Below are positions 9,690-20,289 of a stretch of 64,000 bases of DNA, in pieces (the first letter of the stretch is position 1; the number at the start of each line of letters is the position of its first letter). Under the pieces are notes generated by a model, which was not told the DNA's origin, made no database searches, and saw only the letters and a program-made list of their open reading frames with translations. The position numbers and the translations under genes are program-made. Source of the DNA: Deltaproteobacteria bacterium (GTDB taxonomy: Bacteria; Myxococcota_A; Polyangia; Polyangiales; Houyiibacteriaceae); contig JAXMNT010000004.1 in assembly GCA_034670305.1 (NCBI GenBank), forward strand, positions 160,001 through 224,000, given 5' to 3'.

Positions 9690-11444
9690 ATGGGACCTGT
9701 GCCACACCTCCGAGCGTTCGTGCTCCTCGGCGTCTCCGTCGGCCTTCTCGGCTGCCAGGGGATCATCGACGAACCGAACTGGATGCCTCCGGACGACGAG
9801 TTCTACGAAGCGGAGGTCGACTTCGAGTGCCCCGCCGACCGAGCCCCCGTCGATGCGCCGCTGCGCCGCTTGAGTCGAACGCAGCTCGAGAACACGGTGC
9901 GCGACACGCTCACCGCGCTGCTCGGCGAAGGCGAGAGCGGGGTGGTCATGAACGAGATCAACCGTGAGCTCGGTGCCATCCCAGGCGACCTGCGCACGAC
10001 CGACTCCGACCAGCAAGAAGGCCAGCTCGCGTTCTACCGGGCAGACCAGTCGGTCGGCGGTTCCGCGGTCGACGCCCACTACGGGCTGAGCCTGCAGCTC
10101 GGCGAAGCACTGACCACGCCCTCCCGACTCGACGCCCTCGGCTCGGGCTGCTTGATGGTCGGCAACTCCGACGGCGCGTGCATCGACGGGTTCATCCGGC
10201 GGGTCGGCGACCTCACCCACCGCCGCCCGATGCAAGAGGACGAGTTCCGCTTCTACCGCGACGAGGTCTACACGGCGGGCGACCTCATCACCCTCGAAGA
10301 CCTGCGCGATGTGGTCACCGTGCTCTTCGCCCAGCCGAACTTCCTCTTTCACGTGGAAGGCACCGGCACCCTGACCGCACACGAAGCCGCCAACCGGTTG
10401 AGCTACCACCTGTGGGACACGATGCCCGACGACGCGCTTCGGGCATCCGCCGCGAGCGGCGATTTGCTGACTTCGGAGGGCTGGCAAGCCGAGGTCACCC
10501 GGGTGCTCGCCGACCCGCGGTCCGAACAAGCGTTCCGCAGCTTCCTCACCGAGTGGCTCCGCTTCGACCACCTCAACACCGCGAGCACCGGCACCGGCGC
10601 CGACTTCGAGGCCATCGCCGGCGACTTGGATCTCGACGCCGAGTTCGACCGCGCCGTCGAAGACGAGCTCGTCGATCTCTTCGCACACGTCGTGCGCACG
10701 GGCGGCACCTTCGAAGACTTCTTCCTCTCCGAGGTGACGCCGACGTCGCACCCGATCCTGGCCGAGTTCTACGGGGTCTCGCCCGCGGCGCCGGGCGAAG
10801 TCGTCGCCGTGCCGCCCGAACGCCGCGGCATCCTCACCCGCGTGGGCCTCTTGCTCTCCCGTGCGGAAGTCGCGCTGCCCACCATCAACTCGATCACCCA
10901 CCCCATCCTGCGCGGCGTGTTCGTCCGCCGGCAAATCACGTGCGACAACCTGCAGGCCGCGCCGGGCGGCGCGATGGACGACTTGCCCGTCGTCGACCGC
11001 TCGGTGGTCGGCTCTCGCGACGCGACCAACCGGCTGACCGGCAGCATCGACTGCAGCGGATGCCACGGCCGCATCAACCCGACCGGCTTCGCGTTCGAAG
11101 GCTTCGACGCCATCGGCCGCGCGCGCACGATGGAGCCGCTCTTCAACGCCGCCGGCGAACAGACCGCGCTGCTGCCCATCGACGCGAGCGCGCAGGTCTT
11201 CGAATCCGAAGACCCCATCACCGGGCCGGTCGAGCTCGGCCAGGTGCTCTTCGATTCCGAGAAACCCGGCGCGTGTTTCACCCGGCACTACGTACGCTTC
11301 GCGCTCGGCCGCACCGAGCGGCTCGAAGAAGACGGGTGTCTGTTGCGCGACATGGACGAAGCCATCGACGACGGACGACCCCTCCGCGAGGTGCTCTCCA
11401 TGGTGATCCTGAACCCCGACTTTCGAGTGCGAGCGGAGAACTGA
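9690..11444 (+). CDS. DUF1592/DUF1588 (PSD/PSCyt-type) lipoprotein with a CxxCH heme motif
   Basis: LRRLSRTQLENTVRD, ANRLSYHLWDTMPD, HPILRGVFVRRQITC and CSGCHGRINPTGFAFEGFDAIGR; lipobox LLGC. Confidence 0.9.
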   Translation: MGPVPHLRAFVLLGVSVGLLGCQGIIDEPNWMPPDDEFYEAEVDFECPADRAPVDAPLRRLSRTQLENTVRDTLTALLGEGESGVVMNEINRELGAIPGDLRTTDSDQQEGQLAFYRADQSVGGSAVDAHYGLSLQLGEALTTPSRLDALGSGCLMVGNSDGACIDGFIRRVGDLTHRRPMQEDEFRFYRDEVYTAGDLITLEDLRDVVTVLFAQPNFLFHVEGTGTLTAHEAANRLSYHLWDTMPDDALRASAASGDLLTSEGWQAEVTRVLADPRSEQAFRSFLTEWLRFDHLNTASTGTGADFEAIAGDLDLDAEFDRAVEDELVDLFAHVVRTGGTFEDFFLSEVTPTSHPILAEFYGVSPAAPGEVVAVPPERRGILTRVGLLLSRAEVALPTINSITHPILRGVFVRRQITCDNLQAAPGGAMDDLPVVDRSVVGSRDATNRLTGSIDCSGCHGRINPTGFAFEGFDAIGRARTMEPLFNAAGEQTALLPIDASAQVFESEDPITGPVELGQVLFDSEKPGACFTRHYVRFALGRTERLEEDGCLLRDMDEAIDDGRPLREVLSMVILNPDFRVRAEN

Positions 11445-11446
11445 CG

Positions 11447-12994
11447 ATGACGGTACGCAAGTTTGGACGACGCTGGATGCTGCTTGGTGGCGGCGCCTCT
11501 CTCATGATCCCCGCATTGCCCAGTCTGCTCCGCGGCACGAAGACCGCCGCGCAGGACGGTGCGCTGCCGCGCCGCATGGTGGCCATCGTCACGGAACACG
11601 GCGGCGTGTGGCAGGACGACTTCTACCCGGCCGAATCGCTCGCTTCGACGCCCTTCGCGCACCCGCTGCATCCGTGCCACCAGGGCGCGCTGACGTCGAT
11701 GGTGGCGGGCAGCGACCGCGTCATGTCGCCGACCCTTCGTGCACCGAGCGGCCTCTTCACCGAGAGCATCGCCTCGAAGATGAACGTGCTGCGCGGGCTC
11801 GACGTGCCGTTCTACTACGGGCACGGGCGCCACTCGCTCGGCAACTACGGGGACATGTCGAACAACCACGACGAGTTCCCGGACGACCAGCAGACGGCCG
11901 ACCAGATCATGGCGTACTCACCGGCGGTCTACGAGACCACGCCGCGTCGCCGGACCATGTACTTCGGATCCGAGGCGCTCAGCGTCGAACTCCGCGACCG
12001 CACGCTCGGCCCGTCCGGTGGGTTTCAGCCGGTCGAAGAAGTCGGCGCGCAGACCATCTTCGATTCCATCTACGTCGAGACCACCACCGAGCCGCCCCGC
12101 CCCTCGCCGATCAACGCGGTCTACGAGAGCTACGCGCGGCTCGAGTCCGGCCGCTTCGGCGCGGGTGCGCGCCTCGGTCGGGCCGACCGCCAGCGACTCA
12201 CCCAATACATGGATCGACTCAGCGACATCCGCGCCTCGTTGATGGCCGGAGTCGGCGCGTCCTGCAGCGACGTGACGCCCATCGCCGGGCTGCCCGACCG
12301 TTGGTCGCGCTACGGACGAGACACGTACGCCTTGATCAACGACGTCGTCGTGGCGGGCTTCATGTGCGACAGCAGCCGCATCGCCATCATCCGCGTCAAC
12401 GACGCATTCAACGACGCCATCGACGCGTACCCCGGCGGCTACCACGAGGTCGCGCACAACGGCGCGGGCACCGACACCAGCATGGTGGAACCCGCGGTGC
12501 TCGAGAACCTCGGCGCCATGCTGCGCGACGGCGGCCGCAACTTCTTCGCCGGCGCCTACCTCGACCTGGTGTCGAAGCTCGACGGCATCTCCGAGGGCGA
12601 CGGCACCATGCTCGACAACAGCCTCGTCTGGTGGACCCAAGAAGCCGGCTCCTCGACGCACAACGGAGACTCGATCCCCATCGTCACCGCGGGCGGCGCC
12701 GGCGACCGGCTCAACACCGGCCTCTACCTCGACTTCCGCAACCGCCCCGAGATGCGCTTCAGCGCCGAGCAGCACATCTACGCCAACGAAGGCCGCCGCC
12801 CCGGCGCGTGTTTCTTCCAGTGGACCACCACCTACCTCGACGCCTTCGGCGTCGGCCGCGAAGAGTGGCAAACCGCCGACCGCCGCGCCTTCAGCGCCAT
12901 GGGCCCCAACCACACCTGGATGCGCATGCAGTACGACCAGTCCGCCATGGACGCGAGCTGCGACGACCCCCTGCCCCACCTGATGCGTACATAA
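11447..12994 (+). CDS. DUF1552 domain protein (Tat-like signal)
   Basis: RRWMLLGGG...PALPSL N-terminus; DQIMA, YHEVAH and [12 protein letters not shown]...H...[10 protein letters not shown]; usual partner of DUF1592. Confidence 0.9.
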   Translation: MTVRKFGRRWMLLGGGASLMIPALPSLLRGTKTAAQDGALPRRMVAIVTEHGGVWQDDFYPAESLASTPFAHPLHPCHQGALTSMVAGSDRVMSPTLRAPSGLFTESIASKMNVLRGLDVPFYYGHGRHSLGNYGDMSNNHDEFPDDQQTADQIMAYSPAVYETTPRRRTMYFGSEALSVELRDRTLGPSGGFQPVEEVGAQTIFDSIYVETTTEPPRPSPINAVYESYARLESGRFGAGARLGRADRQRLTQYMDRLSDIRASLMAGVGASCSDVTPIAGLPDRWSRYGRDTYALINDVVVAGFMCDSSRIAIIRVNDAFNDAIDAYPGGYHEVAHNGAGTDTSMVEPAVLENLGAMLRDGGRNFFAGAYLDLVSKLDGISEGDGTMLDNSLVWWTQEAGSSTHNGDSIPIVTAGGAGDRLNTGLYLDFRNRPEMRFSAEQHIYANEGRRPGACFFQWTTTYLDAFGVGREEWQTADRRAFSAMGPNHTWMRMQYDQSAMDASCDDPLPHLMRT

Positions 12995-13093
12995 GAGCGC
13001 CGCGCCGGAGCTGCCTCCGAATTTGGCCGAAGGCCTCCTTGAGGCGCCACCCCGCCGACCGCCTACGAGAAGGGGCGCAGACTGGAGGATGAG

Positions 13094-13264
13094 GTTCGGC
13101 TTCGGCGTTCGGATTCGGATTCGGCATCGGATTCGGCATCGGATTCGGCATCGGCATCGGCTTCGGCTTCGGCTTCGGCGTCGGCGTCGGCTTCGGCGTC
13201 GGCTTCTTCGTCGGCTTCTTCGTCGGCTTCGGCGTCGGCTTCTTCGTCGGCTTCGGCGTCGGCG
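13094..13264. repeat. Compound hexamer array (GGATTC/GGCATC/GGCTTC/GGCGTC)
   Basis: Convergent intergenic region; preceded by GGCCGAAGGCCTCCTTGAGGC at 13025-13045. Confidence 0.95.
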
Positions 13265-13310
13265 CCGCCCTCGCCCTCGCCGTCGCCAGTCGACCTCCCC
13301 CTCCGCGCCT

Positions 13311-14141
13311 TCATCCACCCATGATCGGCACCCGAATCTGCGGCGGCGGAAACGGCTGGTGGTTCGCCACCCGCCGAAGCCGCTCCGGCACATCCTCGAA
13401 CTCGAACTGCGTCCGATCGAGCGCCAGATGTTCGAGCGACTCGAGGTGCGCGATGGGTTCGAGCGATCGGATCTGCTTGCAGTTGCGGATGTCCAACACC
13501 TTCAGCTTCGACGCGCCCCGAAGCGGCTCCAGCGAATCGACGTGCGTGCCCGTGATGCGCACCTCCTCCAAGTCGGGCGCGGTCTCCAACCCGCCCAGGC
13601 TCGAGAGGCGCGCGTAGAGCACGCTCAGCATTCGCAGCCGTGGCATGGAGCGAGGCAGTTCCACCACCCCACAGTTGCTCAACTCCAGCTGCTCCACCGC
13701 GCCCAAACGAGCCACCACAGAGACCACACAATCCATGATCCGGAGCAGACGTACCTGTTGCCATTGGCCGAGGTTGTCTTCGCTCAAACCAAACGTCTTC
13801 GGGTCGTACTCAAACGGATCGACGTCCCCGATGACGATCCGTTCTGCGGCAGGCCACGCGCCACCCAACCTCGCTGCCATCGCCTGCGACGCTCGGACGT
13901 CCGTCAACTTCGCCCAGTAAGGGCGCGCCAGCTCCACGCGACACGCCAGGAGCACACTCGCCGGCGTCCGGCCCGCATGCCACACCCCATCCGGATCGAT
14001 CTTCAGCTCCGGCTCGATCGCCGCGAGCAGTGCACGCTCCAGCTCGGGATCGGCGAGAGACTGAACCAACGCCACCGCCTGAGCGGCGGACCCCTCGTCT
14101 CCCCGAAACAGCGCGAGGAGCTTCTCGACCGGGTGCTGCAC
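13311..14141 (-). CDS. Leucine-rich repeat protein
   Basis: LEEVRITGTHVDSLEPL, LKVLDIRNCKQIRSLEPI and LEHLALDRTQ LRR units. GTG start inferred. Confidence 0.8.
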   Translation of the reverse strand: MQHPVEKLLALFRGDEGSAAQAVALVQSLADPELERALLAAIEPELKIDPDGVWHAGRTPASVLLACRVELARPYWAKLTDVRASQAMAARLGGAWPAAERIVIGDVDPFEYDPKTFGLSEDNLGQWQQVRLLRIMDCVVSVVARLGAVEQLELSNCGVVELPRSMPRLRMLSVLYARLSSLGGLETAPDLEEVRITGTHVDSLEPLRGASKLKVLDIRNCKQIRSLEPIAHLESLEHLALDRTQFEFEDVPERLRRVANHQPFPPPQIRVPIMGG

Positions 14142-14191
14142 CGCCGCAGTGGACCAGCCCGCGCGGGTTCCGTCCACGACGTCGAGCCTCG

Positions 14192-14849
14192 CTACGGTGA
14201 GCGCCGCCGCCGACGGATAGCAAAGACCGCGAGTCCGATGACGAGCCCGCCACTGGGGTCCCCCCCAGCCGCACACCCGCAACCATCACGGGGACCCACT
14301 CCATCGCCGGCATCAGCGGGACCTCCATCCAAACCTCCGGTGTCCGGTGGGCCAGCATCGGGTCGAGACGGCGGGCGGAGACAGGCACAAACGCCATCCT
14401 GACAAGGCACCCGCTCACCGTCCCATTCCCCGTCGACGCATGCATCGAACGGGCACTCGCTGGACTCTGTGCAGCTCTGCGCTTCGAGGCAGCTGCTGAT
14501 CCCAGCACAGTCCCCGTACTCGAAGCATTGAACGGTTCGGTAGCCAGCGCAGACACTACTGCCGTCCAGCGTCTCCTGGACCCCATCCCTCCGGCACATC
14601 GAACTCGCGCACGTTGCAGCGGCAACCATCGTCGTCACAGATCTCTCCCCATCTGCAGCCACACCCGCAACGATCGTTCGTTTGGCACTGACTCCCCGTC
14701 GGGCAGTCGACGTTGTAGCTGCACTCGATGGAACGGGGCTCTTCGCCCGCGCACTCCAACCGCGGAGGCCCCGCGTCCGAGCACGCAGAGGCGGATTCCG
14801 CCACGAGCAATGCACCCATTGCGACGAGAGAAGCCAACAAGAACCGCAT
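14192..14849 (-). pseudogene. Cys-rich secreted protein with MYXO-CTERM-like tail, split by a frameshift near 14581-14584
   Basis: Signal-peptide ORF 14849-14556 (MRFLLASLVAMGALL) continues in another frame to ...GCGCAAGGDPSGGLVIGLAVFAIRRRRRSP. Confidence 0.75.
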
Positions 14850-14982
14850 CCCTGAACACTAGCGGTTCGCGTCGCCGTGCACCACATGAAGACCGACTGT
14901 TTCGGACGTGTCCCAGCGTGGTGACTCCGCGGCCTTGCTGGACGAAATGGGTCCAGATTGGCGATACTGAGCCGTGGGCACG

Positions 14983-15996
14983 ATGAGATTCTCACTGTGT
15001 ATGGCCATCGGCCTCTTCGTCGCACTCTCGGCATGCGACCCAGAACCGGTCCGCCCTTCCTGCTCCGCCGCGCAACCGGAGTGCGGGATGGGCTGGAACT
15101 GCGTCGAGGGAACACGCCCACTGTGCCCGCGCCTCTGCGACCCGACCTACACCTGCTACGCGCAGGGGATCCTCGAAGTGGGCTGGAGCTGCATCGCAGA
15201 CTCGGAGTGCGTCGAAGGCGCGCACTGTCGGCTGCTCGAAGGCGGCTCCGCCCAAGAGTGCGCCGCCATCGAGTGCGTGGACACCGAGGAGTGTGGCGAG
15301 GGCGAGGTGTGCCGGAGCTTCGACTGCGTGCGCACCCTGGGCGCATCCTGCGTGGGCGCCCGCGGCGACTACGGCTGCAGCCCTGGGGAAATCTGTGTCA
15401 GCAGCGAATGTGTGCTCCCACCGATGGAGGGCGGGAACAGCTGCACCGACGAGACCGATTGCGCTGTGGGCTTGATGTGCACGCTCGACGCCAACTCGTT
15501 GCGACGGTGTTCGACATGCGCCAGCGACGCAGAATGCACCGACCCCGAGATTGCGCACTGCCACGAAGGCCAGTGCCACGTCTGCTCAGACGCGGCGTGC
15601 GACCCGGGCCTGTGCATCCGCAACCGCGGCTGCGTGGAGTGCCTCGGCGACGAGGACTGTGGCGAGGGCCAGTTCTGCGAACGCGCTCGAGGCACCCACA
15701 CCTGCCGCACCACGTGCACGCGCGGCGACGACGCCACCTGCCCAGAGTCTTCCGGCCAGTGCGCGTTCGGGGAGTACTGCGTGCGGGCGTTCGGCAGCCC
15801 GTGCGAGGAGCCCATCCGCCGCTCTCGAGAGTGCTTCGACGGCGCCTGCATCGACCGTGACGCCGACGGTGCGTTGGTCCCGGCCTACTGCACCCGCACC
15901 TGCGACCCGGACGACCTGCCCTGCGGCCCAGGTTCGGTCTGTATCGAGGACCACCGGTTCCCGGACGGCACGCAGACGGTGTGCCTGGCGATGTGA
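14983..15996 (+). CDS. Cysteine-rich repeat lipoprotein
   Basis: Lipobox LSAC; repeated C..D.EC..G..C units. Confidence 0.85.
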   Translation: MRFSLCMAIGLFVALSACDPEPVRPSCSAAQPECGMGWNCVEGTRPLCPRLCDPTYTCYAQGILEVGWSCIADSECVEGAHCRLLEGGSAQECAAIECVDTEECGEGEVCRSFDCVRTLGASCVGARGDYGCSPGEICVSSECVLPPMEGGNSCTDETDCAVGLMCTLDANSLRRCSTCASDAECTDPEIAHCHEGQCHVCSDAACDPGLCIRNRGCVECLGDEDCGEGQFCERARGTHTCRTTCTRGDDATCPESSGQCAFGEYCVRAFGSPCEEPIRRSRECFDGACIDRDADGALVPAYCTRTCDPDDLPCGPGSVCIEDHRFPDGTQTVCLAM

Positions 15997-16041
15997 GCTG
16001 TCCTCGACCCTGCGTGTTGTGTTCGAGGGTTCTCGCATTGC

Positions 16042-16821
16042 ATGGACCAATCGCGGTGCCGACCTCAGACTCGAACCGTGGACACACTCGATCTGCGAGG
16101 CGCGGATCTTCGCGGGGCGGACCTTCGGGGACGGACGTTTGCCGGCGCCAACCTGCGAGGCGCCCGCCTGGACGACGCGGATGCACGGGGGTGCGACTTC
16201 TTCGGAGCGAACCTCTCGCGCTGTTCTGCGCGCCGGACCCGCTTCGACGGCGCACGCCTCCAAGCGTCTTCGTTTGCGGGCGCAGACCTCCGGTGCGCAT
16301 CGTTGCGGGACGCCGCCCTCGCCCTCTGCGACCTCGAAGGCGCACACCTGGCGTGCATCGACCTCGGCCGAGAACGCACAACCACGATGCATCGCTACGC
16401 CCGCGAGGATGGTTTCCCGAGTTTCGGTTGTGCGATCTCAACCGGGCGCGAAGCGGGCTACTTGAGCGTCTCGAGGTTGGAGGCGCGGGACATGCACTTC
16501 GCGATCGAAGCCGCGCTCGAGTCCAGCGGCGACCTCGAGGCAGAGGTGAACGCGATCTTCGAAGCGTCCGACTGGCGGATGCGCGCGTATGGCTTCTACG
16601 CGGTGGCCCTGGTCCACCATTTCGGAGAGACCGTCTTCGCGAGCTGGCGAACCAACCTCGAACGTCCGTGGCCGCGCGAAGAAGCCCTGCTCGCAGAAGC
16701 GGTCCGCCGTTTCCTCGAGCCGGGTTCCATGACCGAGGAGCCACACCGCCTCGTGCAACGGCGTCTCACCGCCCTGAGCAAATGGCCTGCCCGAGCCAGC
16801 CACCCCCGTACGCCGAACTGA
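16042..16821 (+). CDS. Pentapeptide repeat protein
   Basis: LRGADLRGADL...GANLRGARLDDAD...GADLRCASL. Start may be GTG 16078. Confidence 0.85.
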   Translation: MDQSRCRPQTRTVDTLDLRGADLRGADLRGRTFAGANLRGARLDDADARGCDFFGANLSRCSARRTRFDGARLQASSFAGADLRCASLRDAALALCDLEGAHLACIDLGRERTTTMHRYAREDGFPSFGCAISTGREAGYLSVSRLEARDMHFAIEAALESSGDLEAEVNAIFEASDWRMRAYGFYAVALVHHFGETVFASWRTNLERPWPREEALLAEAVRRFLEPGSMTEEPHRLVQRRLTALSKWPARASHPRTPN

Positions 16822-16838
16822 GACCCTGACCTCGGGTG

Positions 16839-17393
16839 TCAGGAAGAGCGCTTGCGGGCGATCACCTGAACCATGCCACCGCTGTGTACCTTGGGCGGTT
16901 CGAACACGAGGTCCGTGCGGCTCTGCAACCCATCCCAGAGCCGAATGCCCCGGCCGAGGATGAGCGGCAAGAAGGTCAGACAGAGTTCATCCACCAGACC
17001 CGCGTCCAGCCCCTGCCGCACGAGATCACCGCCATCCAGGTAGACGTCCTTGCCACCCGCGGCTTGCTTCGCCTGCGCGACGAGCTCCTCGATCGGCCCC
17101 TCCACCGCGCGCGCCTTGCCGCCCCGGGGCGCAGGCGGAAGCGGATGGTGGGTGGCGACCAGCACCGGCCGATCGCCGTAGTGCCACACGTCGTAGTCGA
17201 GCGGCACCTGGTAGGTCCGCCGCCCCATGAGCAACGCGCCCACGTCCTCCATGAACGCTTCGAAGCCAAGCCCTTCGCCTCCGGGCGCGTCCGGCGGCGG
17301 CGTGTGTTCGGTCAGGAACGAGAGATCGTGGTCGGGACCGGCCACACATCCGTCGAGGGAACAGGCGAGGTAGACACGGACGCGAGAAGTCAT
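16839..17393 (-). CDS. Dihydrofolate reductase family protein (RibD C-terminal domain)
   Basis: YLACSLDG, LLMGRRTY, VYLDGG and LVDEL...P.ILGRGIRL motifs. Confidence 0.92.
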   Translation of the reverse strand: MTSRVRVYLACSLDGCVAGPDHDLSFLTEHTPPPDAPGGEGLGFEAFMEDVGALLMGRRTYQVPLDYDVWHYGDRPVLVATHHPLPPAPRGGKARAVEGPIEELVAQAKQAAGGKDVYLDGGDLVRQGLDAGLVDELCLTFLPLILGRGIRLWDGLQSRTDLVFEPPKVHSGGMVQVIARKRSS

Positions 17394-17437
17394 GGGGGGC
17401 TCCAGGTCGGTGGCGCAGGATCACCGGACGGGAGACG

Positions 17438-17472
17438 GAAAACAAAACGCCCTGCTCGAAAGCAGGGCGTTT
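17438..17472 (-). terminator. Rho-independent terminator of tRNA-Asp
   Basis: AAAACGCCCTGCT-CGAA-AGCAGGGCGTTTT perfect hairpin with a U-tract on the minus strand. Confidence 0.85.
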
Positions 17473-17549
<77 letters not shown>

Positions 17550-17770
17550 AAGACTCAAAGAACTGCCGGGGTTGCCCACGGCGGAGCGACTATCTAGCGC
17601 ACGTCTCCGAGGGTGGCAAGAGATAGCAGCCGAGAATGCGACAGGGGCCCGCGGGCTGGGCAAACCGGCCGAAAAAGGCGAGAACGTAACGGATCCGCGG
17701 GTTCCGACGCGGGTCACGGCGATCCGATGCACGGAATCGCCACCCTTCCCTCTGCTCCCAGGATCTCCCG

Positions 17771-18718
17771 ATGGCCAAAGCGCTGATGTGTGCCCCCGAA
17801 CTGCTCCAGAAGGACCTGACCGGTCGCCGCATCGTGGTGACGGGGGGCAACTCGGGGATCGGCTTCGTCTGTGTGAAGCAGCTCGCGAAACAGGGCGCCC
17901 ACGTGGTGCTCGCGTGCCGGCGGGTGGGCGAAGGCGACAAGCGGGTCGCGGAGGTCCTGGCCGACCACCCGAACGCGAGCGTCGAAGTGCGGGCGCTGGA
18001 TTTGGGCGATCTGGCTTCGGTGCGCGCCTTTGCCGAAGGACTCGTTTCGGAAGGTGAGCCGCTGCACGGGTTGCTGAACAACGCCGGGGTGATGAACACC
18101 GACGAGGGCAAAACCAAAGACGGTTTCGAGACCCAGATCGGGGTGAACCACCTCGGGCACTTCTTGCTGACGGAACTCCTGGTGCCGCTCCTCGAAAAGG
18201 GCGCGCCGTCGCGCATCGTGAACGTGTCGAGCTGCTTTCACGACAAGGCGATGGGGCGCGACGGCAAGATCGTCATCGACGATCTCTTCTTCGAGAGCCG
18301 CACGTACGACGGGTGGGAAGCCTACGCCCAATCGAAGCTCGCGAACTTGCTCCACGCTCGGGCACTCACGAAACACCTCGAGGGCAAGGACATCGTCGCG
18401 GTGAGCGTGCACCCGGGCTGGGTCCGCACCGAGCTGATGCGGCACAGCATGCCCATCTGGGTCCAGAACTACATCATGCGCCCGTTCATGAAACTCGGCG
18501 GCATGATCGAACCGTGGGCGGGCGCGCAGACCTCGCTCCACGCATTGCTCGCGGACGACGTCTCTCCCGGCGCGTTCTACAGCCAGACCGGCAGCTACCG
18601 AGACAAGTCGAAGAACAAAGGAGGCTGGCCGCTCGTGAGCCCCAACCCCCAAGCCAACGACGACGCGATCGCAGACGCGCTGTGGGAGAAAAGCCGAGTC
18701 CTGGTCGGCCTCGCGTAG
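17771..18718 (+). CDS. SDR family oxidoreductase (retinol dehydrogenase-like)
   Basis: TGGNSGIG, NNAGVM, GVNHLGHF, YAQSK and VHPGWV. Confidence 0.95.
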   Translation: MAKALMCAPELLQKDLTGRRIVVTGGNSGIGFVCVKQLAKQGAHVVLACRRVGEGDKRVAEVLADHPNASVEVRALDLGDLASVRAFAEGLVSEGEPLHGLLNNAGVMNTDEGKTKDGFETQIGVNHLGHFLLTELLVPLLEKGAPSRIVNVSSCFHDKAMGRDGKIVIDDLFFESRTYDGWEAYAQSKLANLLHARALTKHLEGKDIVAVSVHPGWVRTELMRHSMPIWVQNYIMRPFMKLGGMIEPWAGAQTSLHALLADDVSPGAFYSQTGSYRDKSKNKGGWPLVSPNPQANDDAIADALWEKSRVLVGLA

Positions 18719-18833
18719 CGGGCACAGGGCAACTGCCTGAGGAACGGGTCGAGGAGTGGGCTTTCCACAAGGAGTTCACCATGCCCGGCCCTCAGTCCAT
18801 CAGGAACCTGCACGCAGCTGCTATGAGAACGGC

Positions 18834-19202
18834 ATGATGGACGAAGAGAGCCGGGTGGAACTCGATGGCGACGACGGGCCCTTGTCGGATGGCAAGAAGG
18901 CCCGTCCGGAGCTGCCGCCGAAGCAGCGGGCGAAGGATGGCAAGACGATCGTCATTCCATGGGAGCGGCTCTCGCCCGACGCGTTGGCGGGGGTGATCGA
19001 GGAGTTCGTGACCCGCGAAGGGACCGAACATGGGCGCGACGACGTGCCGCTCGAGACCAAGGTCGCCCAGGTGAAGAAGCAGCTCGCCAAAGGCGTGGTG
19101 CTGGTGCTCTTCGATGCCGAGACCCAATCGGTGAACCTCGCCCACGCCCGCGATGTGGACTTGTCGACCGACTCGGAAGTGGAGCTGGATCCCGACTCGT
19201 AG
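18834..19202 (+). CDS. yheU: YheU family protein (UPF0270)
   Basis: [22 protein letters not shown]...[13 protein letters not shown]...[12 protein letters not shown]. Confidence 0.85.
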   Translation: MMDEESRVELDGDDGPLSDGKKARPELPPKQRAKDGKTIVIPWERLSPDALAGVIEEFVTREGTEHGRDDVPLETKVAQVKKQLAKGVVLVLFDAETQSVNLAHARDVDLSTDSEVELDPDS

Positions 19203-19228
19203 TTCTGCACGCAGCGGCCTTCGGAGTC

Positions 19229-19436
19229 GGGCATCGGCATCGGCTTCGGCTTCGGCATCGGCTTCGGCTTCGGCATCGGCATCGGCTTCGGCTTCGACTT
19301 CGGCATCGGCATCGGCTTCGGCATCGGCATCGGCATCGGCATCGGCATCGGCTTCGGCATCGGCTTCGGCATCGGCTTCGGCTTCGGCATCGGCATCGGC
19401 ATCGGCTTCGGCATCGGCTTCGGCATCGGCATCGGC
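19229..19436. repeat. Binary hexamer array (GGCATC/GGCTTC)n
   Basis: About 35 units, flanked by GCAGCGG...CCGCTGC. Confidence 0.97.
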
Positions 19437-19459
19437 CTTCCGCTGCTACACTGTTCGAC

Positions 19460-20248
19460 GTGCGCTCCCTTTCCCTCCTGCTCGTCGCCCTCGTGGTCGC
19501 TTGCGACTGCGGCTCCGGCACCCCGACCCGCGACACCGGCCTCGCCGACGCCAACGGCCAGGACACCGGTGGCCAAGACGCTGCGCGCGTAGACGCGCCG
19601 CCGATCGATGCACCCAGGCGCGACGTCGGGACCCCGCCCAGCTGCGGCACCCTGCTCGCGGTGCTGCGCGACTTCCGGGCGGACCACCCGGACTTCGAGG
19701 GCAACCTCGGCAACGACCGCGGCCTCGTCGAAGACATGCTCGGTTCGGATCGCAAACCCGTCTACGCGGTGGATACGTCGCCGACCACCAGCAACGCCGC
19801 CAACTTCGATGAGTGGTACCGCGACGTCGACGGCGTGAACCAGCGGTTCGAGGTGCCGATGCCGTTGACCGAGGGCCCGGCAGGTGTCTTCGTGTTCGAA
19901 AGCGATGCGTTCTTCCCCCTCGACGGAATGGGCTGGGACGAAGAGATCGACGGACACAACTTCCACTTCACGACCGAGATCCACGCCAGCTTCCAGTACC
20001 GCGGTGGCGAGACGTTCACGTTTCGCGGCGACGACGATGTGTGGGTCTTCGTGAACGACCGGCTCGCGCTGGATCTCGGCGGCGTGCACGGCGCACAGGA
20101 AGCGACGATCGACTTCGACGCGATGGCGACCGAGCTCGGCATCGAAGTCGGCCGCCCGTACGCGCTCGAGGTGTTCCACGCGGAGCGGCACACGACCCAG
20201 TCGAACTTCCGAGTCGAGACCTCGATCGACTGCTTCATTCTCGAGTAG
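19460..20248 (+). CDS. Fibro-slime (PA14-like) domain lipoprotein
   Basis: RDF..DHPDFE, FFPLDG, HNFHFTTE, GDDDVWVFVN..LA.DLGGVH and FHAERHT; lipobox VVAC. Confidence 0.93.
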   Translation: MRSLSLLLVALVVACDCGSGTPTRDTGLADANGQDTGGQDAARVDAPPIDAPRRDVGTPPSCGTLLAVLRDFRADHPDFEGNLGNDRGLVEDMLGSDRKPVYAVDTSPTTSNAANFDEWYRDVDGVNQRFEVPMPLTEGPAGVFVFESDAFFPLDGMGWDEEIDGHNFHFTTEIHASFQYRGGETFTFRGDDDVWVFVNDRLALDLGGVHGAQEATIDFDAMATELGIEVGRPYALEVFHAERHTTQSNFRVETSIDCFILE

Positions 20249-20289
20249 GCGGACTTGCCGAGAGCCCGCGTTGCCCCCAATCTCGGGAA

